DNA of 64,000 bases from an uncultured Verrucomicrobiae bacterium (GCA_963834385.1 CAWIBO010000002.1:416001-480000), one strand, 5' to 3'; shown: positions 8,275 to 18,984, numbered from the stretch's first letter. Numbers and translations: made by a program. Notes: generated from the sequence alone by a model not told the origin.

Positions 8275-9435
8275 TCAGTTTTTCTCCTTAAAGAACTCTT
8301 TGGCGCGGTCGAAGAAACTTTTGTGCAGCGGAGTGTTGTCCTCCCCGCAGAGCTCGGCGAATTCCTCCAGCTTCTTTTTCTGCTCGGAGTTGAGCCGGGT
8401 CGGCACTTCCACCAGCACCCGGGCGAAGAGATCGCCCTTTTCGCGCCCGTTCACGTTGATCACGCCTTTGCCGCGCAGCTTGAAAACCTGGCCGGTCTGG
8501 GTCCCCGCCGGCACCTTCACGTTCGCCTTGCCCTGCAGGGTCGGGACCGGGACCTCGCCCCCGAGCGCGGCAATGGCAAAGGAGATCGGCACCTCGCAGT
8601 AAAGGTTGTCCTCCTCGCGCTGAAACACCGTGTGCTCCCGGACGTGGATGACGACATAAAGATCCCCCTGGCCGCCGCCCCGGATCCCAGCCTCCCCGTT
8701 GCCGGTGGAGCGAAGACGCGAGCCATCGGCGATCCCCGCGGGGATCTTGAGCTTGATCCGCGAAGAGTTCTCGACCCGGCCTTCCCCGCCGCAGACGTGG
8801 CACGGTTTCTCGACGATCTGCCCGGCGCCCCGGCAGCGGGGGCAGGTCTGAGAGACCTGGAAAAAGCCGCGGGAACTGATCACCTGGCCGCGGCCGGCGC
8901 AGGTGGGACAATTGATCGTGCGCGATCCGCTCTCGGCCCCGGACCCGTCGCATTCGCCGCAGGCATCGAGCTTGCGCACCTCGATCTCCTTCTCCACCCC
9001 GAAAGCCGCCTCCTCGAGCGTGATCTGCATGTCGTAACGCAGGTCTGAACCGCGTTGCCGTCCCTCACGATCAGGCCCGCCGCCGCCAAAGAACGATTCG
9101 AAGATGCCGGCGCCGCCGCCGCCGGCCGCGCCAAAGACCTCGCGAAAGATATCAAACGGATCGTGAAACCCGCCGCCGCGGCCAAACCCGGCGGTCCCCT
9201 GCGCAAAAGCGGCATGGCCGTAGCGGTCGTAGGCGGCCCGCTTCTCCGGGTCCATCAGGACGTCGTACGCTTCGCCCAGCTCCTTGAACCGTTCCTCCGC
9301 GTGCGGATCGTCCGGGTTTTTATCGGGGTGATTCTTGACCGCGGCCTTGCGATAGGAACGCTTGATCTCCTCCGGCCCGGCCTCGCGCGGGACATCGAGA
9401 ACTTCGTAATAATCGCGTTTGCTTGCCTTGGCCAT
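8275..9435 (-). CDS. dnaJ: Chaperone DnaJ
   Basis: J domain with HPD, G/F-rich region, four CxxCxGxG repeats. Confidence 0.98.
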   Translation of the reverse strand: MAKASKRDYYEVLDVPREAGPEEIKRSYRKAAVKNHPDKNPDDPHAEERFKELGEAYDVLMDPEKRAAYDRYGHAAFAQGTAGFGRGGGFHDPFDIFREVFGAAGGGGAGIFESFFGGGGPDREGRQRGSDLRYDMQITLEEAAFGVEKEIEVRKLDACGECDGSGAESGSRTINCPTCAGRGQVISSRGFFQVSQTCPRCRGAGQIVEKPCHVCGGEGRVENSSRIKLKIPAGIADGSRLRSTGNGEAGIRGGGQGDLYVVIHVREHTVFQREEDNLYCEVPISFAIAALGGEVPVPTLQGKANVKVPAGTQTGQVFKLRGKGVINVNGREKGDLFARVLVEVPTRLNSEQKKKLEEFAELCGEDNTPLHKSFFDRAKEFFKEKN

Positions 9436-9487
9436 GCTTCAGTCTCTCGGATGCAACGGGGACGTGAGGGAATCCCGCGTTTCTCTC

Positions 9488-10015
9488 CTAGGCGGCGGGC
9501 CCGCTGGAGACGACTACGCTGGAGGGCCGGAGCAGGCGGTCCTTGAAACGGTAGCCGCGCCGGGTCTGGCGCAAAACCACGCCCTCGGGAACGTCGCCGC
9601 TCGGTTCGCGCGCGATGGCCTCGTGCTGGTTGGGATCGAACGGCTGACCTTCGGCCTCGATCGGTTTCAGGCCGTTGTCGGCCAGGAAATCGTCGAGCTG
9701 TTTGCGGACCATGCTCATGCCGGAATAAATGGGCGAGTTTTCGCCTTCATCCCTGGCCGCGGAAAGCCCGAGCTCAAAGTTGTCGATGATGGCCACGAGC
9801 CGTTCAAGGAGCGAAGTGTTGGCGTACTTGATCGCCTCCTCCTTCTCGCGCGCGGTGCGCTTTTTGTAGTTCTCGAAGTCGGCCTGGCTGCGCAGGGCAA
9901 GGTCGCGAAAACGGTCAAGGTCGGCCTGGAGGGTGGCGTTGATATCCTCCTCGCCCTCGGGCTGTTCGTTCTCGATTGGTTCCTGGTCTGTTTCGGTCTG
10001 GTCGGAAGGTTTCAT
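9488..10015 (-). CDS. grpE: Nucleotide exchange factor GrpE
   Basis: RSQADFENYKKR, FDPNQHEA, RGYRFKDRLLRPSSVVV. Confidence 0.97.
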   Translation of the reverse strand: MKPSDQTETDQEPIENEQPEGEEDINATLQADLDRFRDLALRSQADFENYKKRTAREKEEAIKYANTSLLERLVAIIDNFELGLSAARDEGENSPIYSGMSMVRKQLDDFLADNGLKPIEAEGQPFDPNQHEAIAREPSGDVPEGVVLRQTRRGYRFKDRLLRPSSVVVSSGPAA

Positions 10016-11448
10016 GTTCTGCGTATGGCGATGACGGTGATGTCATCGCTTTGTGGATGGGAACCGACAAAGGCCCGCACGTCTTCAACAAGACGATTGA
10101 TAACCGCGGTGGCTCCCTCGCCGGCGCTGGCCCGAACCGATTGCATCATGCGTTCGGGACCAAATTCGTCCCCGTTCGCGTCGAGCGCTTCCGTGATGCC
10201 GTCCGTGTAAAAGACGAGACAATCATCGCGTTCGAGCTCGACCGAAAAATCCTTGGTGATCCTATCGAACACGTCCCCGCTGTCAATTCCGAGGACCATC
10301 CCGGGGGGCTTGAGCGGCTCGACCGTGCGCGTCTTGCGCTTGTAAAGCAGCGGGGCGTCGTGCCCCGCGCGGGTCAGGGTGATGGTGTGCCGGCGATGAT
10401 CAAGGATGGCGTAGGCCATGCTGATGAACATGTCCTCCCGGATGTCGGGATAGAGCTGGCGGTTGACCCGCTGGAGGACCTGCGCGGGCGAGGCGTTCCC
10501 CGGGGCCTGGCTGCGCAGGACGCTGCGGCAAATGGCCATGATGAGCGACGCCGGCACGCCCTTGCCCGAGACGTCGGCAATGGCCACGCCCAGGCGGTCC
10601 GGGTCGACCTCCAGGTAATCGAAATAATCGCCGCTGACCTGGCGGGCGGCAATGTTCAGGCCGTTGATCTCGAAGCCGTCGATCTTCGGCGGCTCGGAGG
10701 GGAGGAGGATGCGCTGGATGTCGCGCGCGATCTCGAGGTCGTGGTCGAGCCGCTTCTTCTCGTTCGCCTCCGAGTAGATGATGGCGTTGTAGAGGGCAAA
10801 GGCCGATTGCTCCGAGATCGACTTGAAAACGACGAAGTCGCTCTGGGTGAAAGGGGCGCTCATGGGACCGTTGCCGAGGGCCAGCGCGCCCAGGCTTTGC
10901 CGGCCGTAAAGGAGCGGCGTGACCATGACCGAGGAGGCGCCCAGCGAGGTGTGGCGGAGCTTGGCCAGCTCGGGCGCGGCGGCGAGATCCTCCAGCAGGA
11001 CAGGCTGGCCGGAGGACCACGACCGACCGATCAAGCCTTCGTCGGCCCCGATGGTGCGCATGCGCAGGTAGCTGTCGAGGGCCACAGGGGTCACCGCCGC
11101 CTGTTGCAGGATGTGATCGGGCACCTCGATCAGCGGCGGGCAGCCCTTGGAAACGAAGGCGGGGACAAGGCGGGTGCCGGTCCGGTCCACCACGTAAAGC
11201 GTGCCGCCGTGGGCGTCGAGGATGCGGGTGGCCCCTTCCACGATCAACCGATGCAGATCGCCCGGGCGAATCGTCTCGCGGAAGGCTTCGCCGAGACCGT
11301 GCAGAAAATCGAAGACGAGCGTTTCCTCAACCTGCAGCTCCTCCTTGGAACGCTCGACGCTGCGGATGCGCCGCCAGAGCAGGCGGGCGGTGATGGCCCA
11401 GCCCAGGAGAGACGCCACCAGCAAACCGAAAAGAACGGTGGTCCCCAT
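10012..11448 (-). CDS. Membrane-anchored GAF + SpoIIE/PP2C phosphatase (RsbU-like)
   Basis: N-terminal TM, GAF region, VSGDYFD, ADVSGKG, RAGH, YTDGITEA, DDIT. Confidence 0.9.
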   Translation of the reverse strand: MGTTVLFGLLVASLLGWAITARLLWRRIRSVERSKEELQVEETLVFDFLHGLGEAFRETIRPGDLHRLIVEGATRILDAHGGTLYVVDRTGTRLVPAFVSKGCPPLIEVPDHILQQAAVTPVALDSYLRMRTIGADEGLIGRSWSSGQPVLLEDLAAAPELAKLRHTSLGASSVMVTPLLYGRQSLGALALGNGPMSAPFTQSDFVVFKSISEQSAFALYNAIIYSEANEKKRLDHDLEIARDIQRILLPSEPPKIDGFEINGLNIAARQVSGDYFDYLEVDPDRLGVAIADVSGKGVPASLIMAICRSVLRSQAPGNASPAQVLQRVNRQLYPDIREDMFISMAYAILDHRRHTITLTRAGHDAPLLYKRKTRTVEPLKPPGMVLGIDSGDVFDRITKDFSVELERDDCLVFYTDGITEALDANGDEFGPERMMQSVRASAGEGATAVINRLVEDVRAFVGSHPQSDDITVIAIRRT

Positions 11449-11466
11449 GGCGTCAGGTGCGGACGC

Positions 11467-11985
11467 TTATTTGGCCGCCGTTTCCTTTTGCAGGTCCTGT
11501 TTCAGGTAATCAAGGACGTCCTTGAAGCGCGTCAGGTTCTCGGGCGCGGCTTCGCAAAGCGCTTCGTGGGCGTCCAGCATCGTCCGGGCCTCGGCGTTGC
11601 CGCTTCCCCCCGCGGCCGGCTTTTCCCCGGCCGACCCGGCCAGCGATTCGCAGCGCGGCGCGGTGGTCCCGTTGGAATCAATGCTGAAAATCTGGTCGAG
11701 TCCGAGGCCGGAAAGAAGATCACGGCTGCGCGGGCCGCAGTGCACCACGTGAACGTGTCCATCGCCGATCTCCTTCAGGCGCAGGGCCACCCCCGCCATC
11801 GTCCCCATGAAAGTGGAATCCATCATGGCGCAGTTCTTCAGGTCGACGAAAAATTCGCGGTAGCCGCGGTTGACCATCTCGCGGGCAAACTCCTTCAAAT
11901 TCCCGCTGTTCAGGAAACTCCCCCGTCCTTCCACCCTGACCCAGACGGCCGGGCCATTGACGCCCACTTGAATCGACGACTGCAC
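11467..11985 (-). CDS. STAS-domain anti-sigma factor antagonist (RsbV/SpoIIAA-like) with C-terminal extension
   Basis: VRVEGRG, VDLKNCAMMDSTFMG (phospho-Ser motif), LGLDQIF. Confidence 0.88.
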   Translation of the reverse strand: MQSSIQVGVNGPAVWVRVEGRGSFLNSGNLKEFAREMVNRGYREFFVDLKNCAMMDSTFMGTMAGVALRLKEIGDGHVHVVHCGPRSRDLLSGLGLDQIFSIDSNGTTAPRCESLAGSAGEKPAAGGSGNAEARTMLDAHEALCEAAPENLTRFKDVLDYLKQDLQKETAAK

Positions 11986-11997
11986 GACTTGAGAAAA

Positions 11998-12025
11998 ACT
12001 ATAAGATCGCCCTCTGGAGTGTCAA
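11998..12025 (-). promoter_or_regulatory. Sigma70-type promoter for the STAS-PP2C-grpE-dnaJ unit
   Basis: Minus strand TTGACA (12025-12020)-N16-TATAGT (12003-11998), 12 nt upstream of the GTG start. Confidence 0.65.
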
Positions 12026-12088
12026 ACCTCGCTGGGGGGTTCCGGGGGGCGCCTGCTGAAATAAATGACTCATGGGCAGGCGCTTGTT

Positions 12089-12673
12089 TTACCTCCAGAG
12101 ATAGGATCGTTCCTCGGCCACGATCCGACCGTCGGCAAGGAGAAGGCAGCGCCAGGCGATGACCCGCCCTTCATCCTGATAATCGTCCCCGATGAGGGCA
12201 AACTCGGTTTTGTGGCTCCCCCGCCCGTCCGGGTAGCGCACCTCGCGCGCCTGCAAAAGCGAGCGCGTCTTCTCCTGCCGGTATTCCAGGCGCACGGTCA
12301 CCTCCCCTTCACGGCGCGACCGCCAGAAAAAATCGAAGTAGGTGCCGAAGCGCTGCCGCCGGTCGTAATCCGTGACCGCGCCGAAAAGCCGGTATTGCTT
12401 CTCAAAGGCAATGGAGGCGTCGGTCCCCTCGTCCTTGCTCCCGCGGGTCGGTTTGGTGGCCTTGCCCGCCCGGGAAAGACTGGCCGCGGTCTCGAACCCC
12501 TGCCGCTGGTCGGTCAGGTGAAAAATCTTGGTTTTCCGGAATTCGAAGGCTGGATCCAGCGCGGTCGGAACCTTGTCCACCGTGACCAGGACCTGCGCCC
12601 GCGGCTTTTCCGCGGCCGGCAGGGAGGCCGTCCACGCCGCGAGAAAGACCGCCAGGGCCGCGAATTTCACCAT
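12089..12673 (-). CDS. Secreted hypothetical protein
   Basis: Signal peptide MVKFAALAVFLAAWTASLPA followed by a globular-looking sequence. Confidence 0.65.
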   Translation of the reverse strand: MVKFAALAVFLAAWTASLPAAEKPRAQVLVTVDKVPTALDPAFEFRKTKIFHLTDQRQGFETAASLSRAGKATKPTRGSKDEGTDASIAFEKQYRLFGAVTDYDRRQRFGTYFDFFWRSRREGEVTVRLEYRQEKTRSLLQAREVRYPDGRGSHKTEFALIGDDYQDEGRVIAWRCLLLADGRIVAEERSYLWR

Positions 12674-12759
12674 GGGGGCAATCAAACCGGTTCGCGCGCG
12701 CCCTGTCAACGCGTCTGGTTCGCGGTTTCCGGCACGACTTTCCAGGCGTAATCTCCGGC

Positions 12760-15457
12760 GTGATCGACGTTCGGTTTGAGCGGGGCATTCATCTCCCGAA
12801 ACATGATCTCTGGCTGGATCCATGGGACGCCCGGGAACTCGCCTTTGTCTCGCACGCGCACAGCGACCATATCGCGGCCCACCGCGAGATCATCGTTTCC
12901 GAGCGAACCTCGCGCCTGATGCAGGCACGGTTGCCGGGCGAGCGCCGCGAGCATGTCCTGGCTTTCGGCGAAACGCGGTCCTGGCCCGGCCTGGAGGTGA
13001 CGCTTCTCCCGGCCGGCCACATTTTTGGGTCGGCCCAGTTTTTCGGCGAGACGGACGCGGGCTCCGTCCTTTACACGGGCGACTTCAAGCTGCGCCCCGG
13101 GCTCTCGGCCGAGCCGGCGGAATGGCGCCGGGCCGACACCCTCATCATGGAGACGACCTTTGGCCTGCCGCGCTACCGGTTCCCGCCCACCGAGGAAGTG
13201 GTGCGCGAGATCGTGACCTTTTGCCGGGAAGCGCTGGAGGAGGGCATCACGCCGGTGCTGCTCGGTTACTCGCTCGGCAAGGCGCAGGAAATTCTCTGCG
13301 CGCTCGGCCAGGCCGGCCTCCGACCGATGCTGCATGGCGCGGTTCATCGCATGACGCGCATCTACGAGCAGTTCGGTCAGGCCTTTTGCGCGATACGACC
13401 GCTACGCCGCGGACAAGATCGACGGGCACGTGCTGATCTGTCCGCCGAGCGCAAACCGTTCGCGCATGCTGGAGAAAATCCCGCGGAAACGCGTGGCCAT
13501 GATCAGCGGTTGGGCGGTCGATCCCGGGGCGATTTACCGTTACCAGGCCGATGCCGCTTTTGCGCTCTCCGACCATGCCGACTACCCCGATCTCATCCGC
13601 TACGTGGAGCTGGTGCAACCGCGGCGGGTCCTGACCCTGCACGGGTTCGCGGCCGAATTCGCGCGCGACCTGCGCGACCGCGGTCTCGAGGCCTGGGCGC
13701 TCACGGGCGACAACCAGCTCGAGCTGACCCTCGGCGCGGTGGCAAACCCGGCGCCGGTGGCGAGGGTGCGCGAGACTCCCGCGGAAGTGGCCTCCGAGTT
13801 TCGCGACTTTGCCGAGCTGGGCCAACGGATCGGGGCGACCCCGGCCAAGCTGGAGAAGATCAGGCTCCTGGCCGAGTACCTCCGCGGCCTGACACCGGAC
13901 CAGCTCCCGGTCATCACCATTTATCTCACCGGGAAAGCCTTTGCGCAGAGTGATCCGCGCACGTTGCAGGTGGGCTGGTCCGTGGTCTACCGCGCTCTTT
14001 TGCGCGCTGCGGGCCTGAGCGAACCCGAGTTTCGGCGGCTGGCCAGCAGCCATGGGGACGCCGGCAAGACCGCGTTCGAGGCGCTGGAGAACCGGACAAC
14101 ACCGGAACCATTTTCCATCGCGGCTTCGCACGCCCTTTTCGAAGCCCTGCAACAAACGCGGGGACCGGTGGCCAAGGCTGAGCTGCTGGCGCAACAACTG
14201 GCCCGCCTGTCCGCGCGGGAAGGCCAGTATGTGGTCAAGATTCTCACCGGCGACCTGCGCATCGGGTTGCGGGAAGGGCTGGTGGAAGAGGCGATCGCGG
14301 CAGCCTTCGAGGCGGAACTCGAGGAGGTAAAGGAAGCCCACATGCTCCTGGGTGACATCGGCAAAACGGCGCTCCTGGCCGCGCAAAAGGCGCTGCACCA
14401 GGCGGAACTTTCGCTCTTCCGCCCGATCAAATGCATGCTGGCCAGCCCGGAACCGACCGCGGAAGCGATCTGGGAACGGTTCCGCGACGGGACGACGTCC
14501 CCGGTGGTTTACGTGGAGGACAAGTTTGACGGGATCCGGGCGCAACTGCACCGCAGCAAGGAACGGGTCGAAATTTTTTCGCGCGACCTGCGACGGATCA
14601 CCGGGCAGTTCGGCGACCTGGCCGCGGCGGCGGCCGGGCTCGAGGGCGACCTGATCCTGGACGGCGAGATCATCGCCTACGAGAAAGGCGAGCGCCTGAC
14701 CTTCTTCGACCTGCAAAAACGGCTCGGGCGCAGGACGGAGGGAGCCGACCTATTCTCGGAGACCTCGGCGAGCGTGCCGGTGGCTTTTGTTGCCTTCGAC
14801 CTGCTTTACCAGGACGGGCGGTCCCTGCTCCGCGTTCCGTTGAGCGAACGCCGCGAGGCGTTACGCCGCCTGGAGCTGTCGTCGCCCTTTCAGGTGGCGG
14901 AGGTTTCGCCCGCGACTTCCGCGGTGGAGATCGAAGCGGCCTTTGCCGCGGCTCGCGAACGCGCGAACGAAGGACTGATGGTGAAAGACGCCGCCAGTTT
15001 CTATTCGCCCGGCCGGCGGGGCCTCTTCTGGTTCAAGCTCAAGAAGGAGCTGGCCACGCTCGACGTCGTGGTGGTCGCGGCGGAGCTGGGCCACGGGAAA
15101 CGAAATCACGTCCTAAGCGATTACACCTTCGCCGTGCGCGACGAGAAGACGGGCGAGCTGCTCACCATCGGCAAGGCTTACAGCGGCCTGACCGACGTGG
15201 AGATCGCCGAGCTGACCGCGCACTTCAAAAAGAACACGATTGAAAACCGGGGGCGTTACCGCCGGGTGAAACCAAACGTGGTCCTCGAAGTGGCGTTCGA
15301 CTCCATCCAGCCGAGCCCGCGACACGCCAGCGGCCTGGCCCTGCGGTTCCCGCGGATCAAGGCGATTCGCACCGACAAAGGGGTGGACGCCATCGACACC
15401 CTGGAGCACGCCCGCAAACTGGCGGCCGCGCAGGGGTTCGCCCTGCCCGCGGCCTGA
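12760..15457 (+). CDS. Fused MBL/beta-CASP exonuclease + ATP-dependent DNA ligase; apparent +1 frameshift near 13390
   Basis: SHAHSDH, AGHIFGS, YTGDF, METTFG, GYSLGKAQ; then LSDHADY, EDKFDG (KxDG), LDGEI, AFDLL, EGLMVK, LRFPRIKAIRTDK. Confidence 0.88.
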
Positions 15458-15466
15458 GCGGACCGC

Positions 15467-17401
15467 TTACTCGCCCTCGGCAGGCGATGGGGACTCCGCC
15501 GGTGATTCACCTTCCTCTTCGTCGGCGTCGTCCGATTCAGCGCCCTTCTTCTTTTTCTTTTCCTTTCGCTCTTTTTTGGCGCGTTTTTTCTCCGCTTTCG
15601 CGTCGTCGTCCGAGGTTTCCGCAGCCGCGTCAGGCGTTGGACTCGGGTCCAATGTTTCCGTGCGCGGCGGCGGGGTGGGCGCACCGCTGTCGAGCACACG
15701 GGTGCTCCCGGCTTCGCGGGCTTGTTCCGCCTGGAAAGGCTGTTGTTGTTCCGTCGCAGCCCGATCCACCCGATCGCGAATGGCCGCGCCTCCGTCCGGC
15801 GCGTTGGCCCCGGAAGCGTCTCCGTCTTCGGCACTCTCCGCGGACGGCGTCGAGGTCACCGCGGGCGCGGGGGACGGCGACGGGGTTGCCGGTGGCAGGG
15901 TCGCCGTGGCGACCGGCGTCACGGATGGCGACGGATTGACGGCGCCGCGATCACGGCCACCCCGGCGCCCAGTCGGCGACGGCTCGGCCGTTGCCGCCGG
16001 ACTGGTGGTCGCGGCCGGGGAAGGTGTGGCCGCCGGTTCCGCGGTGGCGGCCGAAACCGGTGTCACTGCGGGGCTGGCGGTTGCGGCGGGTGTCGGGGTC
16101 GTGTTCCGCTCACCACGAGGGGAACGGATGGGCGAAGCAGCCGGTGCCGGTGATTCGGCCGGTGTCGCCGTGGCGGCAGGGGCCGCTGTCGCGGCGGGGC
16201 TGGTCTCGCCCGCGGGAGATGTCGCCGGCGCAGGCGCGGCCGCTTCCACAGGCTTCTCGAAACTCGGCGGCGGCGCATCAGGCGGCGGGGTGGCTTCGGC
16301 CTTCATTTTGCGGCGCAGCTTTTTCTGCTCGCCGCCTTCCTGCATGGCGGCCCAGCCAAGGTCAACCGTGGCCGTGGCAAGGCGCTGCCGCACGGTGGGC
16401 GGGCGGACCGGTTCGCCCATGGGAATGATCTCGGGCGCCGGCATGGCAATCACTTCGCCGCGGAGAATCGGACGGGGCTGCGCCTCGTTGAAGGTGGTCT
16501 GGCGCTCCAGCCGCATCCGCTCGATCGGGCGCCGGCTCCGGCGGCGGATATTTTCGAAATCCGGCCCCTGGTTCACCACCACCGTGTTCTGGTAGGTGAT
16601 ATTGGTCACGTTCACGGTGTTGTTGATGATGGTGACGTTGCGTTCCCGCGGTACCACGGAGCGCCGGACTTCGTCCGCCCCCATCTGGTCGACGGGAACA
16701 AAGACATACTGGTCGGGCCCGATCTCGTAGTAACTGTCGGCCCAGCGCTGAATGCCGCGGCCGCGCTCAAAGCGAGCCTCGGGGGGCAATGGGGCCCAGC
16801 CGACATAATCATCGCTCGTGCGCCAGGAGACCCAGGCGGGGGCCCATTGGTCACCCGGAACCCAGACCCAGCCAACGCCGCGGAGGCGGGTCCAGCGTCC
16901 ATAGTGATAGGTGGCCCAGCCATACGGTTCATCCGAGGCCCAGGTCCAGCCGGCGTCGGTATAAACCCAGCGGCCGTTGGTGTAAGGGCGCCAGTTGCTG
17001 GCGCTTTCGGCCTCGGCCGGCTGCCAGACATACCCGTAATTGTCGGTCTCAAACCAGGCGCCGTGCGGTTCAAGTTTCCGGTAGAAAGTGTTGTAAGAGG
17101 AGGCGTCCGCGCGGCCCCCGGCGGAACGGCGCGGTTCGTCCGTCTGCCGGCGGCCACCGCGCGGGGCGCGCGGCGTGGCCGTAGGCGCAGCGGCGGCCAG
17201 TTCCTTTTCCTGGAGTTCCTGCTCGCGCGCTTCAAGTTCCTCCTGCCGCCGGGCCAGCTCGTCGGCCTCACGTTCGGCCGCGAGGCGTTGCTGCACTTCG
17301 CGCTCGACCTCGGCGCGGCGTATTTCGTCGGATTGTTCCTCGGTGCACGCGCCCAGAAGGAGGAAGGCGCCGAGCAGACTCAGGCGGAAGAGCTTGTTCA
17401 T
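15467..17401 (-). CDS. Lipoprotein with DUF6600-like Trp-rich domain and long Pro/Ala/Thr tail
   Basis: Lipobox LGAC, coiled coil, YGYVWQP/WRPYTNGRW/GWATYHYGRW/WAPAWVSW, low-complexity C-terminus. Confidence 0.75.
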   Translation of the reverse strand: MNKLFRLSLLGAFLLLGACTEEQSDEIRRAEVEREVQQRLAAEREADELARRQEELEAREQELQEKELAAAAPTATPRAPRGGRRQTDEPRRSAGGRADASSYNTFYRKLEPHGAWFETDNYGYVWQPAEAESASNWRPYTNGRWVYTDAGWTWASDEPYGWATYHYGRWTRLRGVGWVWVPGDQWAPAWVSWRTSDDYVGWAPLPPEARFERGRGIQRWADSYYEIGPDQYVFVPVDQMGADEVRRSVVPRERNVTIINNTVNVTNITYQNTVVVNQGPDFENIRRRSRRPIERMRLERQTTFNEAQPRPILRGEVIAMPAPEIIPMGEPVRPPTVRQRLATATVDLGWAAMQEGGEQKKLRRKMKAEATPPPDAPPPSFEKPVEAAAPAPATSPAGETSPAATAAPAATATPAESPAPAASPIRSPRGERNTTPTPAATASPAVTPVSAATAEPAATPSPAATTSPAATAEPSPTGRRGGRDRGAVNPSPSVTPVATATLPPATPSPSPAPAVTSTPSAESAEDGDASGANAPDGGAAIRDRVDRAATEQQQPFQAEQAREAGSTRVLDSGAPTPPPRTETLDPSPTPDAAAETSDDDAKAEKKRAKKERKEKKKKKGAESDDADEEEGESPAESPSPAEGE

Positions 17402-17477
17402 GGTCCAGTTTAGACCATCTCGCCCCTCTGTTATTCGAAATTAGCGAAAATGCGCCGGCCGGCGCGCGACCCGTGCC

Positions 17478-17690
17478 CTATTCGCCTCCGCCCTCTGGAG
17501 AAGGCGTGCCGGAGATCTCGCCCGGCGTGGCGGAAGAGGAGGGCGCAACGGTGGGCGACGGGGTTGAGATCGAAAACTCCTCCAGCCGACCCTCGTGCCA
17601 GCGTTGCCAGTTCAGGATCACGGCCAGCAGCAGAAACACCGCCAGGATCAAGGCCATCAAGGCAAGGCTGCCGCGTGAGATTTTTTCCAT
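17478..17690 (-). CDS. Small single-TM hypothetical protein
   Basis: MEKISRGSLALMALILAVFLLLAVILNW plus a Ser/Pro/Thr tail; start abuts the plsC stop. Confidence 0.6.
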   Translation of the reverse strand: MEKISRGSLALMALILAVFLLLAVILNWQRWHEGRLEEFSISTPSPTVAPSSSATPGEISGTPSPEGGGE

Positions 17691-18307
17691 TATTCTTCGA
17701 GGCGAATGGCGGCGATCGCGTCCATCACCCGCTGGCTGATGCGCTGGTAAGTTTCCTTGCCGCCCGGGGCGACATCCTCCGGCGTAAAATAAATCGGCTC
17801 GCCCACCACCACCGTGATCCGCGACAAGCGAATGCGGCTGCTGCCGCGCGGCCAGGCCTGGCGCGCCCCGAAAATGCGCATGGGCACGACCGGGGCCAGC
17901 GTCCGGGCGACGATAAGACCGAGCCCGGGCTGGGCCGGTTGCAGGTTGCCATCCAGGGTCCGGCCGCCCTCGGGAAATACCACGGTGCAATGCCCGGCCT
18001 TAAGCAGGCGAATCAGAATCTTGAGAGCGCTGCGGTCGCCTCCCTCCTGGTCCACCGGAATGACATTAAGCCGGGGAAGAAGCCACCCGAGCAGGGGCAG
18101 GTTGAGCAGACTTTTTCGCGCCAGAAAATAAACCGCGCGCGTGACCCCGATCCCGGCAAACGGCGGGTCGAGATAGCTCTCGTGGTTCATGGCGAAGATG
18201 GCGGGGCCCGACTCGATGAGCCGTTCCTGGTGAATGGCCCGAAAGCGAAAGAGGACTTTCGCGATGAGCTTGGAGAAGTTGTAGCAGACCCAGTAGGTTG
18301 GATTCAC
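17690..18307 (-). CDS. plsC: 1-acyl-sn-glycerol-3-phosphate acyltransferase (PlsC family)
   Basis: NHESYLD (HX4D), FLARKSL, FPEGGRT. Confidence 0.9.
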   Translation of the reverse strand: MNPTYWVCYNFSKLIAKVLFRFRAIHQERLIESGPAIFAMNHESYLDPPFAGIGVTRAVYFLARKSLLNLPLLGWLLPRLNVIPVDQEGGDRSALKILIRLLKAGHCTVVFPEGGRTLDGNLQPAQPGLGLIVARTLAPVVPMRIFGARQAWPRGSSRIRLSRITVVVGEPIYFTPEDVAPGGKETYQRISQRVMDAIAAIRLEE

Positions 18308-18318
18308 CGGTGGAAAAA

Positions 18319-18984
18319 TCAGGCGGGGGTCGCGGGCGGAACCACCAAACCCTTGAGCTTCAGCCGTCCAAGGATCTCGCCCACAACGCCGTCAATCGTC
18401 AGGTGCGAACTGTCGATGACGTGCGCATCCTCCGCGATGATGAGCGGCGAGGCGCGCCGGGACGAATCCGCCCGGTCGCGCGCGGCAATCTGGTCGACCT
18501 GCCCCTGCGCGGCCCGCCGCTGCATGCGCACATCCGGGGAGGCATCGATGTAAAACTTGTAGGGCGTTTCCGGGAAAACGACCGACCCGATGTCGCGACC
18601 CTCCATGACCACGTTGCGGCCCTCGGCGTAGCGGTGCATTTCGCGCACGAGGAAATCGCGCACCAGCGGCACGCTGCTGACGAGGGAGACATTGTGGTTC
18701 ACCCGGTCCTCGCGCAGGAACGGCTCGGGATCGATCTCGTCGATCAGGATGCGCGATTCGTTCTCGACCAGATCGCAGGTGAGCCGGGTGCGCGCGAGCA
18801 GGGCGGAAATTTCGTCGCTGGAGCCGGGCGCGGCTTTTTGTTCCAGGACATGCCAGGTCACGGCCCGGTACATGGCGCCGGAATTGACATAGGCATAGCC
18901 GAGGCGCCGGGCCAGCTCGCGGGCGACGCTGCTCTTGCCCGAGGCGGCCGGGCCGTCAATGGCGATGACATGGTGACTGCTCAC
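18319..18984 (-). CDS. cmk: Cytidylate kinase
   Basis: IAIDGPAASGKSS, SGAMYRA, MEGRDIGSVVFP, RDRADSSR. Confidence 0.95.
   Translation of the reverse strand: MSSHHVIAIDGPAASGKSSVARELARRLGYAYVNSGAMYRAVTWHVLEQKAAPGSSDEISALLARTRLTCDLVENESRILIDEIDPEPFLREDRVNHNVSLVSSVPLVRDFLVREMHRYAEGRNVVMEGRDIGSVVFPETPYKFYIDASPDVRMQRRAAQGQVDQIAARDRADSSRRASPLIIAEDAHVIDSSHLTIDGVVGEILGRLKLKGLVVPPATPA

Noticed and set aside
12002..12028. CIRCE element upstream of the grpE-dnaJ unit
   Set aside because: TTGACACTC resembles one arm, but the GAGTGCTAA arm 9 nt away is absent. It is better explained as a -35 box.
9976..12162. 728-aa plus-strand ORF
   Set aside because: Antisense shadow of the PP2C and STAS genes, with no recognisable motifs; typical of high-GC DNA.
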